64,000 nt of DNA, from positions 16,055 to 80,054 of the forward strand of contig DATEFB010000026.1 of the NCBI GenBank assembly GCA_035280845.1, in the 5' to 3' direction. Under the pieces are notes generated by a model that saw only the letters and a program-made list of their open reading frames with translations, was not told where the DNA came from and made no database searches. The translations under genes were made by a program, and so were the position numbers. This DNA comes from Candidatus Saccharimonadales bacterium (GTDB lineage: Bacteria > Patescibacteriota > Saccharimonadia > Saccharimonadales > EFPC-124). Below, piece by piece: positions 56,193 to 64,000 of this stretch (position 1 is its first letter; every line of letters begins with the position of its first letter).

Positions 56193-57488
56193 TTATGCAG
56201 TTTTCTTTTGAAGGGCTTCGCGGGCAATGCCGGCGTCGCTCCACGGCTGGCGCTCCCCGCCAACAATGCGGAATTGCTCGTGGCCCATCCCTGTTATAGC
56301 TACGATGTCTCGGGGCCGAGCCTCCGAGATAGCTTTGACAATCGCCTCTTTACGGTCGGCCACCTCAACAGTCTTGGACTGACCCTTCCCTTGCACAATA
56401 CCTTCCATGACTGCCGCGCGAATCGCAGCCGGGTCCTCGTAATAGGGCTCGTCATCTGTCAGGATGATGCGGTCAGCCAACCGGGCGGCAATTTCGCCCA
56501 TAATCGGCCGTTTTCCCTTGTCTCGGTCGCCAGTAGCACCAAATACCACCCACAACTTGCCTTTTGTCAGATGGCGCAGGGTGTCGAGCAGGTTCTGCAA
56601 CGCGTCGGGCGTGTGCGCATAGTCGATCACCACTTCAAATCGCTGGCCTTCATCGATCCGCTCCATGCGGCCTGGGACGCTTTCGAGAGCTTCAATCCCC
56701 TTGGTCACCTGCTCTGGCTCAAGCTGAAGATAATACCCTACAGCGGCGGCTGCGGTGGCATTATACACGTTAAACTTGCCGGGCAAGTGGGTGTGAAAAG
56801 CCAATGTATGTTCGTTTTCCACCTTAAGGGTGACATCTGTCCCCTGGTGGCCCAGATCGGCTTCAGCGATCCGCACTGTTGACGCTTTATCTGTACCGTA
56901 CGTAACCTTGCGCTCGCTGGCTTCGTACTTGTTATAAAAATCAAACCAGTCGTCGTCTCGGTTGAGCACAATCAGTTTTGGCCGCCGGGCAAACAGTTTA
57001 CCCTTGGCTTCGGCGTAGCGCTCCATAGTCTTGTGGTAGTCCAGATGGTCCTGAGTCAGGTTGGTCATAACGGCTACGTCGCACGGGACGCCCCAGACCC
57101 GGTGCTGCACCAGCGCCATAGAGGTAACCTCCATTACAATGTAGTCGCAGCCATTCTGCTTCATGCGGGCCAACATGCGCTGAACCTCAAAAATGTCGTT
57201 TACTGTTCGGTTAGAGGTGTTTGGCTCGAGCGTGCCATCACCGAAGCTGTAAAATGCTGTGCTATTTACACCGACTTTATGGCCAGCCTGCATCAGCATC
57301 TTGGCGATGTATGCAACAGTAGTCGTTTTACCGTTTGTTCCGGTTACCATAATCACCCTTGCGCTACGCGCCGGAAACCCATATCGAATGTTGGCCGCTA
57401 TGGCTACCACCAAGTGATAGGCGTTCGCAACCTGATACACGGCGTTCTTAGGAATCACCTTTTTAATACCCTGTTTGATCTGGTGCAT
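56193..57488 (-). CDS. murE: UDP-N-acetylmuramoyl-tripeptide synthetase (MurE-type Mur ligase)
   Basis: ORF 56193-57608 trimmed to MHQIKQGI (ATG at 57486-57488). P-loop VTGTNGKTTT. DYAHTPDAL motif. Confidence 0.85.
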   Translation of the reverse strand: MHQIKQGIKKVIPKNAVYQVANAYHLVVAIAANIRYGFPARSARVIMVTGTNGKTTTVAYIAKMLMQAGHKVGVNSTAFYSFGDGTLEPNTSNRTVNDIFEVQRMLARMKQNGCDYIVMEVTSMALVQHRVWGVPCDVAVMTNLTQDHLDYHKTMERYAEAKGKLFARRPKLIVLNRDDDWFDFYNKYEASERKVTYGTDKASTVRIAEADLGHQGTDVTLKVENEHTLAFHTHLPGKFNVYNATAAAAVGYYLQLEPEQVTKGIEALESVPGRMERIDEGQRFEVVIDYAHTPDALQNLLDTLRHLTKGKLWVVFGATGDRDKGKRPIMGEIAARLADRIILTDDEPYYEDPAAIRAAVMEGIVQGKGQSKTVEVADRKEAIVKAISEARPRDIVAITGMGHEQFRIVGGERQPWSDAGIAREALQKKTA

Positions 57489-57542
57489 ATACCCTCGCTT
57501 TTGTCTTATGCCAATCATAGCAGATAGACGGAGGTGCGTGAT

Positions 57543-58166
57543 ATGGGGTACAGTTATGGCGTCCTTTGTTCCATCTGCGGATTCGGAGATACCGTGCCCC
57601 TTCTGCAAGCGTATGCTCGGCCAGAGGTCATAGCCACTTCGTCAGATGCCCCTTTCGTTATAGCTATCGCCGGAGAGGCGCCATCAAGCACCCTGCACAC
57701 TGGCGGTCTGGCTACCACCAATAAAGGCTGGGCAATCCTGGCCGCACCCTTTGTCGATGACCCCTGTAACGGCCTGGGCGCCGCAAGTTGTGGCCAGGCC
57801 ATGGCACTGCGCGCCTTCAAGAGTGCGTACGACCGGCACATGCTGCCACGAGACGACAACTTCACCCTGGTCACCGAAAGTATGGATCTCGCCCATCTGT
57901 TGATCAGATGGCAGAACGGCGACGAACATCTCCCCCTGTGGTACGCCCGCACCGGCGTAAACTCCACCCTTCGGAAGGTGCAGCGCGGCGTCCTTAGGAT
58001 TGGCCGCCGGATGACAGTGCGCTGCCTGCCGGTCATGAGTCTGCCACCGGTGGGCGAGGCCGCCAGGTTACTGTCGTTCATCGGCCTGCGCTACCTCAGG
58101 GGCGACATCTCCCCAGCCGACCAGCACGACGAAGCCCGAATCGCCCTCCGTGAAGCGGGGCTGTAA
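57543..58166 (+). CDS. HGC-13: hypothetical protein (207 aa)
   Basis: ATG 57543 lies 8 nt after GGAGG (57530-57534). High GC. The only cassette ORF ending in TAA. Confidence 0.65.
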   Translation: MGYSYGVLCSICGFGDTVPLLQAYARPEVIATSSDAPFVIAIAGEAPSSTLHTGGLATTNKGWAILAAPFVDDPCNGLGAASCGQAMALRAFKSAYDRHMLPRDDNFTLVTESMDLAHLLIRWQNGDEHLPLWYARTGVNSTLRKVQRGVLRIGRRMTVRCLPVMSLPPVGEAARLLSFIGLRYLRGDISPADQHDEARIALREAGL

Positions 58167-58181
58167 CAGAGCAGAGGACAT

Positions 58182-58208
58182 GGGTTCCGGGGCGCACGCT
58201 CCGGACCC
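58182..58208 (+). terminator. GC-rich hairpin after HGC-13
   Basis: GGGTTCCGG (58182-58190) pairs with CCGGACCC (58201-58208), with one bulged T. Confidence 0.45.
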
Positions 58209-58254
58209 GCCTTCCTTGCAAAACACTATCCACTGAGCTACCATTCAATCTGTA

Positions 58255-59283
58255 ATGATCATTCTTGGCATTGAGAGCAGCTGCGACGAAACATCGGCTG
58301 CGGTCGTAGTAGACGGCCGCAAGCTTTTAAGTAACGTTGTTCAAAGCCAAATCGATATCCACAAAGCCTTCGGTGGCGTTGTGCCCGAGATTGCAGCACG
58401 CAGCCACATTGAGGTTATCCTGGCAGTTGTCGACCAAGCCCTTACAGAGGCCAAAATCACCTGGGACGATGTAGACGCCATTGCCGTGACGTATGCGCCC
58501 GGCCTGATTGGCTCACTTCTTATTGGCACGCTTACCGCCCGCACACTGGCGGTCACAAAGAACAAACCGCTCTACCCCATCCACCATGTAGAAGGGCATG
58601 TATACGCCAACTTTTTATTAGCCGAGCAACCCGCCTTCCCTATGCTGTCGCTTATTGTCAGTGGTGGCCACAGCCAGCTTGTACTGTTTAAAGGGCATGG
58701 CGACTACCAAATGCTTGGCCAGACACAAGATGACGCCGTTGGCGAAGCATTCGACAAGGTAGCCAAGGTGATTGGACTCCCCTACCCCGGCGGACCATCT
58801 GTGTCCAAAGCTGCGCTCGAGGGTGATGACCGGGCATATGCTTTCCCCAAAGCCAAGCTCACCGGCAAATACGACTTTAGCTTTTCGGGCCTTAAAACGG
58901 CCGTCCTGCGCCGTGTGCAGCAGGAATGCGGCAAAGGACACGACTTCCCTTCCATGCAGCTTGCAGAGCTTCTCAGCGTCTCACAGCGCAACAATATTGC
59001 GGCATCATTCCAACGCGTGGCCATTGAGACGCTGGTCGACAAAACAATGCTCGCCTACAACGACTTTTCACCAGCATCGGTGGTTATTGCGGGTGGTGTT
59101 GCCGCCAACCAGGAGCTCCGCCGTCAGTTGCAGGAGCGACTGCCGATCCCAATCGAATACGCGCCTATTTCACTGTGTACCGATAACGCTGCCATGATCG
59201 CCACCCTCGCCTACTACGAAGCCCAGCGCAAAGAGGCGGCTGACCCGTTCTCGCTCGAGGTCGTTCCCAGCCTCTCTATGTAA
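58255..59283 (+). CDS. tsaD: tRNA N6-adenosine threonylcarbamoyltransferase
   Basis: ILGIESSCDETS, HHVEGH, and the family-typical C-terminus CTDNAAMIA. Confidence 0.95.
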   Translation: MIILGIESSCDETSAAVVVDGRKLLSNVVQSQIDIHKAFGGVVPEIAARSHIEVILAVVDQALTEAKITWDDVDAIAVTYAPGLIGSLLIGTLTARTLAVTKNKPLYPIHHVEGHVYANFLLAEQPAFPMLSLIVSGGHSQLVLFKGHGDYQMLGQTQDDAVGEAFDKVAKVIGLPYPGGPSVSKAALEGDDRAYAFPKAKLTGKYDFSFSGLKTAVLRRVQQECGKGHDFPSMQLAELLSVSQRNNIAASFQRVAIETLVDKTMLAYNDFSPASVVIAGGVAANQELRRQLQERLPIPIEYAPISLCTDNAAMIATLAYYEAQRKEAADPFSLEVVPSLSM

Positions 59284-59326
59284 AAACCGCCCCAGATGGA
59301 GCGGTTTTTTGTTTAGTCGCCACAGA

Positions 59327-59662
59327 TTAGGACTTTGTAATGCCCTTGAATTGCAGGTAGTCGTTGTACCCCTTGTCGAAGAAGTCCTTGGCATCTGGGT
59401 GATAACAGACGTAATTACGCAGTGCCCGCACATCTTCTTTGGAATCCTTAAACTTGTCGTCATTATTCTCTGAGCAATACCGTGTCAGGCCGTCTTCCAT
59501 GAAGAGGCCGTCTAATGAGTTCGTGGCTGACAACCCAATCCAGATTACAAGGAACCCAATGTTCAAGGTAATCGACGCTAGGATTATTAACCGGCGCCAC
59601 GAGATCCGGTTGTGCCCTGCCGTCAGTAGCTTAGGGGTGCTCTTAGTTTTCGTTGTTGCCAT
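59327..59662 (-). CDS. small membrane-anchored hypothetical protein
   Basis: 111 aa. TM span LIILASITLNIGFLVIWIGL. Cys-containing soluble domain. Confidence 0.55.
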   Translation of the reverse strand: MATTKTKSTPKLLTAGHNRISWRRLIILASITLNIGFLVIWIGLSATNSLDGLFMEDGLTRYCSENNDDKFKDSKEDVRALRNYVCYHPDAKDFFDKGYNDYLQFKGITKS

Positions 59663-59856
59663 AGTGCTTATGCTCCTTGGTTTTGTTATACCACAAACGC
59701 CTCAAAGCTTCACTACTCCCCCGCCGAACCTATGATATACTGGTGCAGAAAACAAAAAGGTGCGTGGAAATCAGTTCTATTTTTGTTCATTCACTAGAGG
59801 AGGACATGTCTAGGATTCTTTGATTTTCGTGTGAAACCGCACTTTTCTTAACTATT

Positions 59857-62418
59857 ATGAAATTACCAAAAACCTACGAACCACAAGCCTACGAGCCAGA
59901 GGTATACACCCTCTGGGAACAAAGCAAAGCCTTTGCGCCAAAAGGGGACCCAAAAAAGGGTTATTTTAGCATCGCACTACCGCCACCAAATGCCAACGGT
60001 AACCTGCACGTCGGCCACGCACTCACAGTTGCAGTCGAAGACGCCGCCATCCGGTACCACAGGTTAAAAGGGGAGGCGACCGTCTTTATTCCGGGCGCCG
60101 ACCATGCGGGCTTCGAAACCTGGGTTGTGTATGAAAAAGCTCTTGACATCCGAGGCAAGTCGCGATTTGATTTTTCACGTGATGATCTGTACCAGCAGGT
60201 GTGGGACTTTGTTGAGCAGCAGCGTGGCAATATGGAGATCCAGCTGCGGGAGCTCGGAGCAAGTCTCGATTGGGATAGCCTCACCTTTACGCTGGACGAG
60301 AAGGTAATCACAACTGCATATGGCACATTTAAAAAGCTGTGGGATGACGGCCTTGTTTACCGTGGTGAACGTATCGTTAACTACTGTACAAAACACCAAA
60401 CGTCCTTCGCAGATATCGAAGTTATCCACAAGAACGAAAAGTCCAAACTTTGGAGCATCGCGTACACGCTTGTCGACAAAATAGGCGAGATCGTCGTCGC
60501 TACCACCCGTCCCGAAACACTCCTGGGTGACACTGCCATTGCTGTTAACCCCAATGACCCCCGTTACAAAGACCTTATCGGCAAAAGGGTATGGGTACCA
60601 ATTACCAACCGCGAGATCACCATTATTGCCGATGACGCCATTGATGCCAGCTTTGGAACTGGCGCCGTTAAGATCACCCCTGCGCACGACCCTGTCGACT
60701 TCGAGATAGGGGAGCGGCACAACCTCCAGGTTATCGAGGTTATTGGCATCGATGGCAAGATGACAGGCGAGGCACCTAAGGAATACCAGGGGCTTGATGC
60801 CCTGGAGGCCCGCAAGCTCGTCTTAAAAACCCTGGAAGAGACCGAGGCCCTCCGCGGCGAACAAGACTACGAACACTCCGTTGGCCACTGTTACAAGTGT
60901 GGTACGGTTATTCAGCCGCTTATTAAAGACCAGTGGTTCTTAAAGGTCCAGCCACTAGCCGAACGGGCAATCGCCGCCATAGAGGCAGGGGAGATTACGT
61001 TCATCCCCGCCAACAAGGGCAAGGTGCTTGTAAATTACCTTCGTCACCTCAAGGACTGGAACCTCAGCAGACAGATTCCCTGGGGCATTCCAATCCCGGC
61101 ATTCCAAAGCGCGAATGACCACACCAAGTGGATATACGACGACCGCGTTGACCAGCCCAGCATCGAAGTAGATGGTATTACCTACCACCGGGAGGAAGAC
61201 ACCTTCGACACTTGGTTCAGCTCGGGCCAGTGGCCATACATCACGACTGATTATCTCGAAAAAGGGACGTTGGCAGATTTCTATCCGCTCAGTGCCATGG
61301 AGACCGGCGGTGACATTCTCTTCCCATGGGTCTCGCGCATGATCATGCTGGGCCTTTACTGCACCGACCAAGTGCCATTCAAAACGGTCTACCTGCACGG
61401 CCTCGTACTCGATGAGCATGGCCTGAAGATGAGCAAAAGCAAAGGTAATGTTATTAACCCGCAAGACGCCGTTAAAGAGTATGGCTCAGATGCACTGCGC
61501 ATGGGCCTGCTTGCCAGCCGCAGCCCGGGCATTAACCAGGCGTTCAGCACCGGCAGCGTGGTGGCTGGGCGTAACTTTGCGAACAAGCTCTGGAACATGT
61601 CGCGTTTTATCGAAGACAAACTTGGCGAAAACTATAAAGAGCGCACTCCGGCACCAGAGACTGCTGCTGACCACTGGATTCTCGACCGGCTTAACAAGGC
61701 TGGCGCCCAGATCGGAAAGCTCATCGAACAATACCGCTTCGCTGAAGCTTACGAGCTCATGTACCACACTATCTGGGACGATGTTGCCGACTGGTATATA
61801 GAAAGTAGTAAAATTCACACCAACAATTCTGTTTTGGCGTATGTTCTAGAAACCATCCTGACAATTGCACACCCATTTGCCCCATTTGTGACCGAAACCA
61901 TCTGGCAAACGCTTAAGTGGGAGAAATCCCTGCTTATCAACGGGACCTGGCCCACCCCTGTTGCAATCAAACCAGCCGAAGCCCGGACATTCGAGCAGCT
62001 CAAAGTCCTGGTCAACGAGATCCGTTTTGTGGCTACCAGTCTTAGCAAGGGCAAACAAACCTTACTGTTCATTAGCGACCCGCTTATCGAAAACAATACC
62101 GCGCTGATCCATCACCTCGCCCAACTCAAAGCCATCCAGCAGGCAGGGCAGGGGAGGGGAATGCGCCTGGCCGTTGCCAAACACGAAGTCTGGCTTGATG
62201 TTGATGAAGCCACTCTTTATGAGCACCAGACCAAACTCGAGCAGCGCCTGGCCGAAACCCGCGCCGGTATTGACCGCCTCGAGGCACGTCTGGGCAATGC
62301 CGGGTACGTCGACAAGGCGCCGCCAACGGTAGTCGAGCAAACACGCATGCAGCTTGCCGAACAAAAAACAATCGAGCAGCGTCTTGTGCGCGAACTCGAT
62401 GTTATTAAACCGCTTTAA
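59857..62418 (+). CDS. valS: valine--tRNA ligase
   Basis: 853 aa. HIGH-type PNANGNLHVGHAL. KMSKS motif. C-terminal coiled coil. Confidence 0.96.
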   Translation: MKLPKTYEPQAYEPEVYTLWEQSKAFAPKGDPKKGYFSIALPPPNANGNLHVGHALTVAVEDAAIRYHRLKGEATVFIPGADHAGFETWVVYEKALDIRGKSRFDFSRDDLYQQVWDFVEQQRGNMEIQLRELGASLDWDSLTFTLDEKVITTAYGTFKKLWDDGLVYRGERIVNYCTKHQTSFADIEVIHKNEKSKLWSIAYTLVDKIGEIVVATTRPETLLGDTAIAVNPNDPRYKDLIGKRVWVPITNREITIIADDAIDASFGTGAVKITPAHDPVDFEIGERHNLQVIEVIGIDGKMTGEAPKEYQGLDALEARKLVLKTLEETEALRGEQDYEHSVGHCYKCGTVIQPLIKDQWFLKVQPLAERAIAAIEAGEITFIPANKGKVLVNYLRHLKDWNLSRQIPWGIPIPAFQSANDHTKWIYDDRVDQPSIEVDGITYHREEDTFDTWFSSGQWPYITTDYLEKGTLADFYPLSAMETGGDILFPWVSRMIMLGLYCTDQVPFKTVYLHGLVLDEHGLKMSKSKGNVINPQDAVKEYGSDALRMGLLASRSPGINQAFSTGSVVAGRNFANKLWNMSRFIEDKLGENYKERTPAPETAADHWILDRLNKAGAQIGKLIEQYRFAEAYELMYHTIWDDVADWYIESSKIHTNNSVLAYVLETILTIAHPFAPFVTETIWQTLKWEKSLLINGTWPTPVAIKPAEARTFEQLKVLVNEIRFVATSLSKGKQTLLFISDPLIENNTALIHHLAQLKAIQQAGQGRGMRLAVAKHEVWLDVDEATLYEHQTKLEQRLAETRAGIDRLEARLGNAGYVDKAPPTVVEQTRMQLAEQKTIEQRLVRELDVIKPL

Positions 62419-62765
62419 ATAAACAAGTGGTGGGTGAGGGCAATGTCCGCGATGGCATGCTTCCAGTGGTCCAGCCGGTGGCGGACAATGTCTTTTTTGT
62501 GACGAGACAAACGCAGCGACCGACTGTCGACATATTTGCCATTGTCACTCGCATCTTTAATTAGCTGCGAGCCTGTTTTGTCGGAATGGTGGTGCAGGTC
62601 GTGATCGATCTTCTCGATCTTACTGGAATCGATCGATTTTTTGGCACGCCCGCCGTCTTCGCCGCCATCTGTTGCGCCAAGTAATTGCGTGGCATGCACG
62701 CTGCTTAGCAAGATCGTGCTTGCAATGAATAGACTAAGGGTGGTAACGAGGTGCGACTTTGCCAT
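62415..62765 (-). CDS. small secreted His-rich hypothetical protein
   Basis: Signal-peptide-like MAKSHLVTTLSLFIASTILLSSVHA. 4-nt convergent overlap with valS. Confidence 0.5.
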   Translation of the reverse strand: MAKSHLVTTLSLFIASTILLSSVHATQLLGATDGGEDGGRAKKSIDSSKIEKIDHDLHHHSDKTGSQLIKDASDNGKYVDSRSLRLSRHKKDIVRHRLDHWKHAIADIALTHHLFI

Positions 62766-62832
62766 GTTTGTGTTAGCTTATGCTGAATAAACATTAGCAC
62801 AATATTGGCAACTCGTCAATTAGGTGTCTGTG

Positions 62833-63228
62833 TTAAAACGCAAGCTTTTTAGCGATCTCTGCCAAGGCGGTGTGGTCGGGATCGGATTCCGTGTCTTGCT
62901 CGGCGAACCAATCTTTGCCGCTCCTGCAAGGGAAGACCTGCACATGGGCATGCGGCACATCAAAGCCGATTATCTTAACACAAGCTCGGTACTCGCGGCC
63001 ATACACCTCTACAATGCGGCGCATGACTTTGCGCACCGACTGCATAAGCGCTGCGTAATCGTCGTCGGCCAGGTCTTCGACACGATTCACCTGCACCTTA
63101 GGCACAACCAGGGTGTGCCCAGGCCGGACAGGATGGATATCGAGGAAGGCGAGCGTTTTTTCATCTTCATACACTTTGTGGCTGGGGAGTTCGCCACGAA
63201 TGATACGGGTATATATTGATGGTTCCAT
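62833..63228 (-). CDS. HIT-family (histidine triad) nucleotide hydrolase
   Basis: ORF trimmed to MEPSIYTRIIRGELP (ATG at 63226-63228). Histidine triad PHAHVQVFP. Confidence 0.88.
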   Translation of the reverse strand: MEPSIYTRIIRGELPSHKVYEDEKTLAFLDIHPVRPGHTLVVPKVQVNRVEDLADDDYAALMQSVRKVMRRIVEVYGREYRACVKIIGFDVPHAHVQVFPCRSGKDWFAEQDTESDPDHTALAEIAKKLAF

Positions 63229-63251
63229 ATACTTAGTATGCCATAGAGTGG

Positions 63252-63335
63252 GTGATGTGCACTGAGCGCCCTGCTCACTAGTCCTCGGCACGGAGTGCCT
63301 GCGGAATCGTTTACAGCGCGCTCAGTGCACATCAC
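63252..63335. repeat. nested-hairpin element, copy 2 of 2
   Basis: 18-bp perfect outer stem GTGATGTGCACTGAGCGC/GCGCTCAGTGCACATCAC encloses a 48-nt core. Inner hairpin GGCAC-GGA-GTGCC. Core is homologous to 30190-30237. Confidence 0.55.
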
Positions 63336-63340
63336 TTAAC

Positions 63341-63369
63341 TTGACAAGCATAAGCATTTTTAGTATGGT
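63341..63369 (+). promoter_or_regulatory. sigma-70-type promoter giving a leaderless transcript
   Basis: TTGACA (63341-63346), a 17-nt spacer, then TATGGT (63364-63369). The ATG of the next ORF starts 7 nt after the -10 box and has no SD. Confidence 0.5.
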
Positions 63370-63375
63370 ATTTGT

Positions 63376-63885
63376 ATGATCCCTGGCGCAAGCTCGTACC
63401 ATTCATACACCAATTTCCGGCCACAAACACCTCGACCATTCGTCGCCAATACCTTTGGCAGTCGGGCGTTTCACCCAGAAATACATGCCGCCCAGTTCCA
63501 CGCCAACTTGCCCGCTCAACACACTTACGACCGTCCGGTACAGCAGCCCGCCGCCCTCAACCACTACGTACCAGATGCAACCATTAAAACAATTGGCGAT
63601 AGTCGCAGCGTAGGCATGAACACCCAGCTTAAGCCTGGCACAGTTGTAGAGGTGAACCGTCCCGGCCACCAGACCGAATATGCCTATGCCAACTACGGTG
63701 GACACCTGTCGCCGCTCACCCAAAGCACGCTCAACCATGTACCGAACGAAATCCGCGACCAGGTAAAACGCCTGGGCGGACCCTCTTATTTCGCCCATGA
63801 CCTGCATAATAAGTTCTCGACAACCGGATTTATGTCGCAGTTCAACGCCAATAACTTTCATGGGCCGAACAAGCCGCTCATTTAG
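63376..63885 (+). CDS. hypothetical protein (169 aa, His/Asn/Pro-rich)
   Basis: Uninterrupted ORF. No family recognised. Confidence 0.5.
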   Translation: MIPGASSYHSYTNFRPQTPRPFVANTFGSRAFHPEIHAAQFHANLPAQHTYDRPVQQPAALNHYVPDATIKTIGDSRSVGMNTQLKPGTVVEVNRPGHQTEYAYANYGGHLSPLTQSTLNHVPNEIRDQVKRLGGPSYFAHDLHNKFSTTGFMSQFNANNFHGPNKPLI

Positions 63886-63923
63886 TTGACGGTGTTAATT
63901 GCCTGTTGTATAGTCCAGCCAGC

Positions 63924-64000
63924 ATGAAACTCATAACCTGGGCAAAAGCACACGTCACCATCGCCGCCATAAGCACTGCGGCGGTTCTTTTTGCCCTTGG
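63924..64000 (+). CDS. 5' end of a membrane/secreted protein gene running off the right edge (partial)
   Basis: ATG 63924 gives MKLITWAKAHVTIAAISTAAVLFAL..., a hydrophobic N-terminus. Truncated by the window end. Confidence 0.35.
   Translation, partial: MKLITWAKAHVTIAAISTAAVLFAL

Noticed and set aside
57543-58166. Possible RNase H-like fold for HGC-13 (VIAIAGEA ... AMALRAF ... LVTESMDLAHLL).
   Set aside because: The positions that would hold the catalytic Asp, Glu and Asp read Gly/Glu, Gln and Glu. The call rests on pattern-matching only, so I left it as hypothetical.
187-58208. Assembly chimerism or contamination from a co-cultured high-GC host as the source of the high-GC blocks.
   Set aside because: I cannot exclude this without reads, but it is unlikely. 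There are 13 separate blocks of 0.3-1.6 kb, each placed precisely in an intergenic spacer with both flanking genes intact. Some share sequence with the backbone, such as the split palindromes and an SD abutting a native T-tract. Assemblers do not produce that pattern.
59797-59823. A five-codon mini-ORF (ATG TCT AGG ATT CTT TGA, 59806-59823) behind GAGGAGGA upstream of valS. I also considered T-box leaders upstream of valS and argS.
   Set aside because: The SD-to-ATG spacing is only about 2 nt and the peptide has no Val codons, so it does not look like an attenuation leader. Neither leader contains the T-box consensus or a specifier-loop architecture.
1-64000. CRISPR arrays, an integron (intI/attC), transposases, phage integrases, or prophage structural genes that could explain the cassettes.
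   Set aside because: I saw no direct-repeat/spacer arrays and no recombinase, transposase or RT-like ORF in any frame. The cassette 3' hairpins share no sequence, lack the attC R''/R' boxes (RYYYAAC/GTTRRRY), and occur in both orientations among core genes.
1-64000. Alternative genetic code (UGA reassignment, as in some CPR lineages) as the reason for the different TGA usage.
   Set aside because: TGA clearly terminates backbone genes at sensible lengths (crtB, msrB, an ABC ATPase, the phosphohexomutase). No conserved protein needs read-through, so standard code 11 fits throughout.

Overview
This 64-kb chromosomal window carries mostly minus-strand housekeeping genes from a mid-GC bacterium (hand counts of 45-57% GC per 60-nt line). 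Backbone genes:
- dut, mutM and polA.
- An ECF-like sigma factor next to a crtE-crtI-crtB-lycopene cyclase cluster.
- rpoD-dnaG, orn, msrB, argS and pyrG.
- Two MacB/FtsX-type ABC pairs and tRNA-Ser(GGA).
- groES-groEL with a CIRCE operator, and two phosphohexomutases.
- FemAB plus two Mur-ligase genes, tsaD, valS and a HIT gene.
- Five Nudix domains spread over four genes.

Gene content and protein style resemble a reduced Saccharibacteria/CPR-like genome. That is inference only, because no database search was possible.

Main finding: 13 blocks (15 ORFs) of much higher GC (67-75% on hand-counted lines) sit in intergenic spacers between intact housekeeping genes.
- Each ORF has its own Shine-Dalgarno, and 14 of 15 end in TGA.
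- 12 of 13 blocks end in a GC-rich hairpin.
- Recognisable cargo: a Tat-signal M23 peptidase, a secreted NodB-type deacetylase, a PlsC-type acyltransferase and a degenerate J-domain-like protein. The other 11 ORFs match no family I recognise.
- Two blocks next to tRNA-Ser are each bracketed by the two halves of a perfect palindrome.

Other observations:
- A two-copy nested-hairpin element with a conserved 48-nt core and non-homologous outer stems.
- A DnaG whose four zinc ligands are all replaced.
- A Mur-ligase paralog with a degenerate P-loop.
- A large protein with a transglutaminase-like Cys-His-Asp spacing.
- A low-GC islet.

No CRISPR array, transposase, integrase, integron or rRNA was found. 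All product calls rest on motif recognition by eye.
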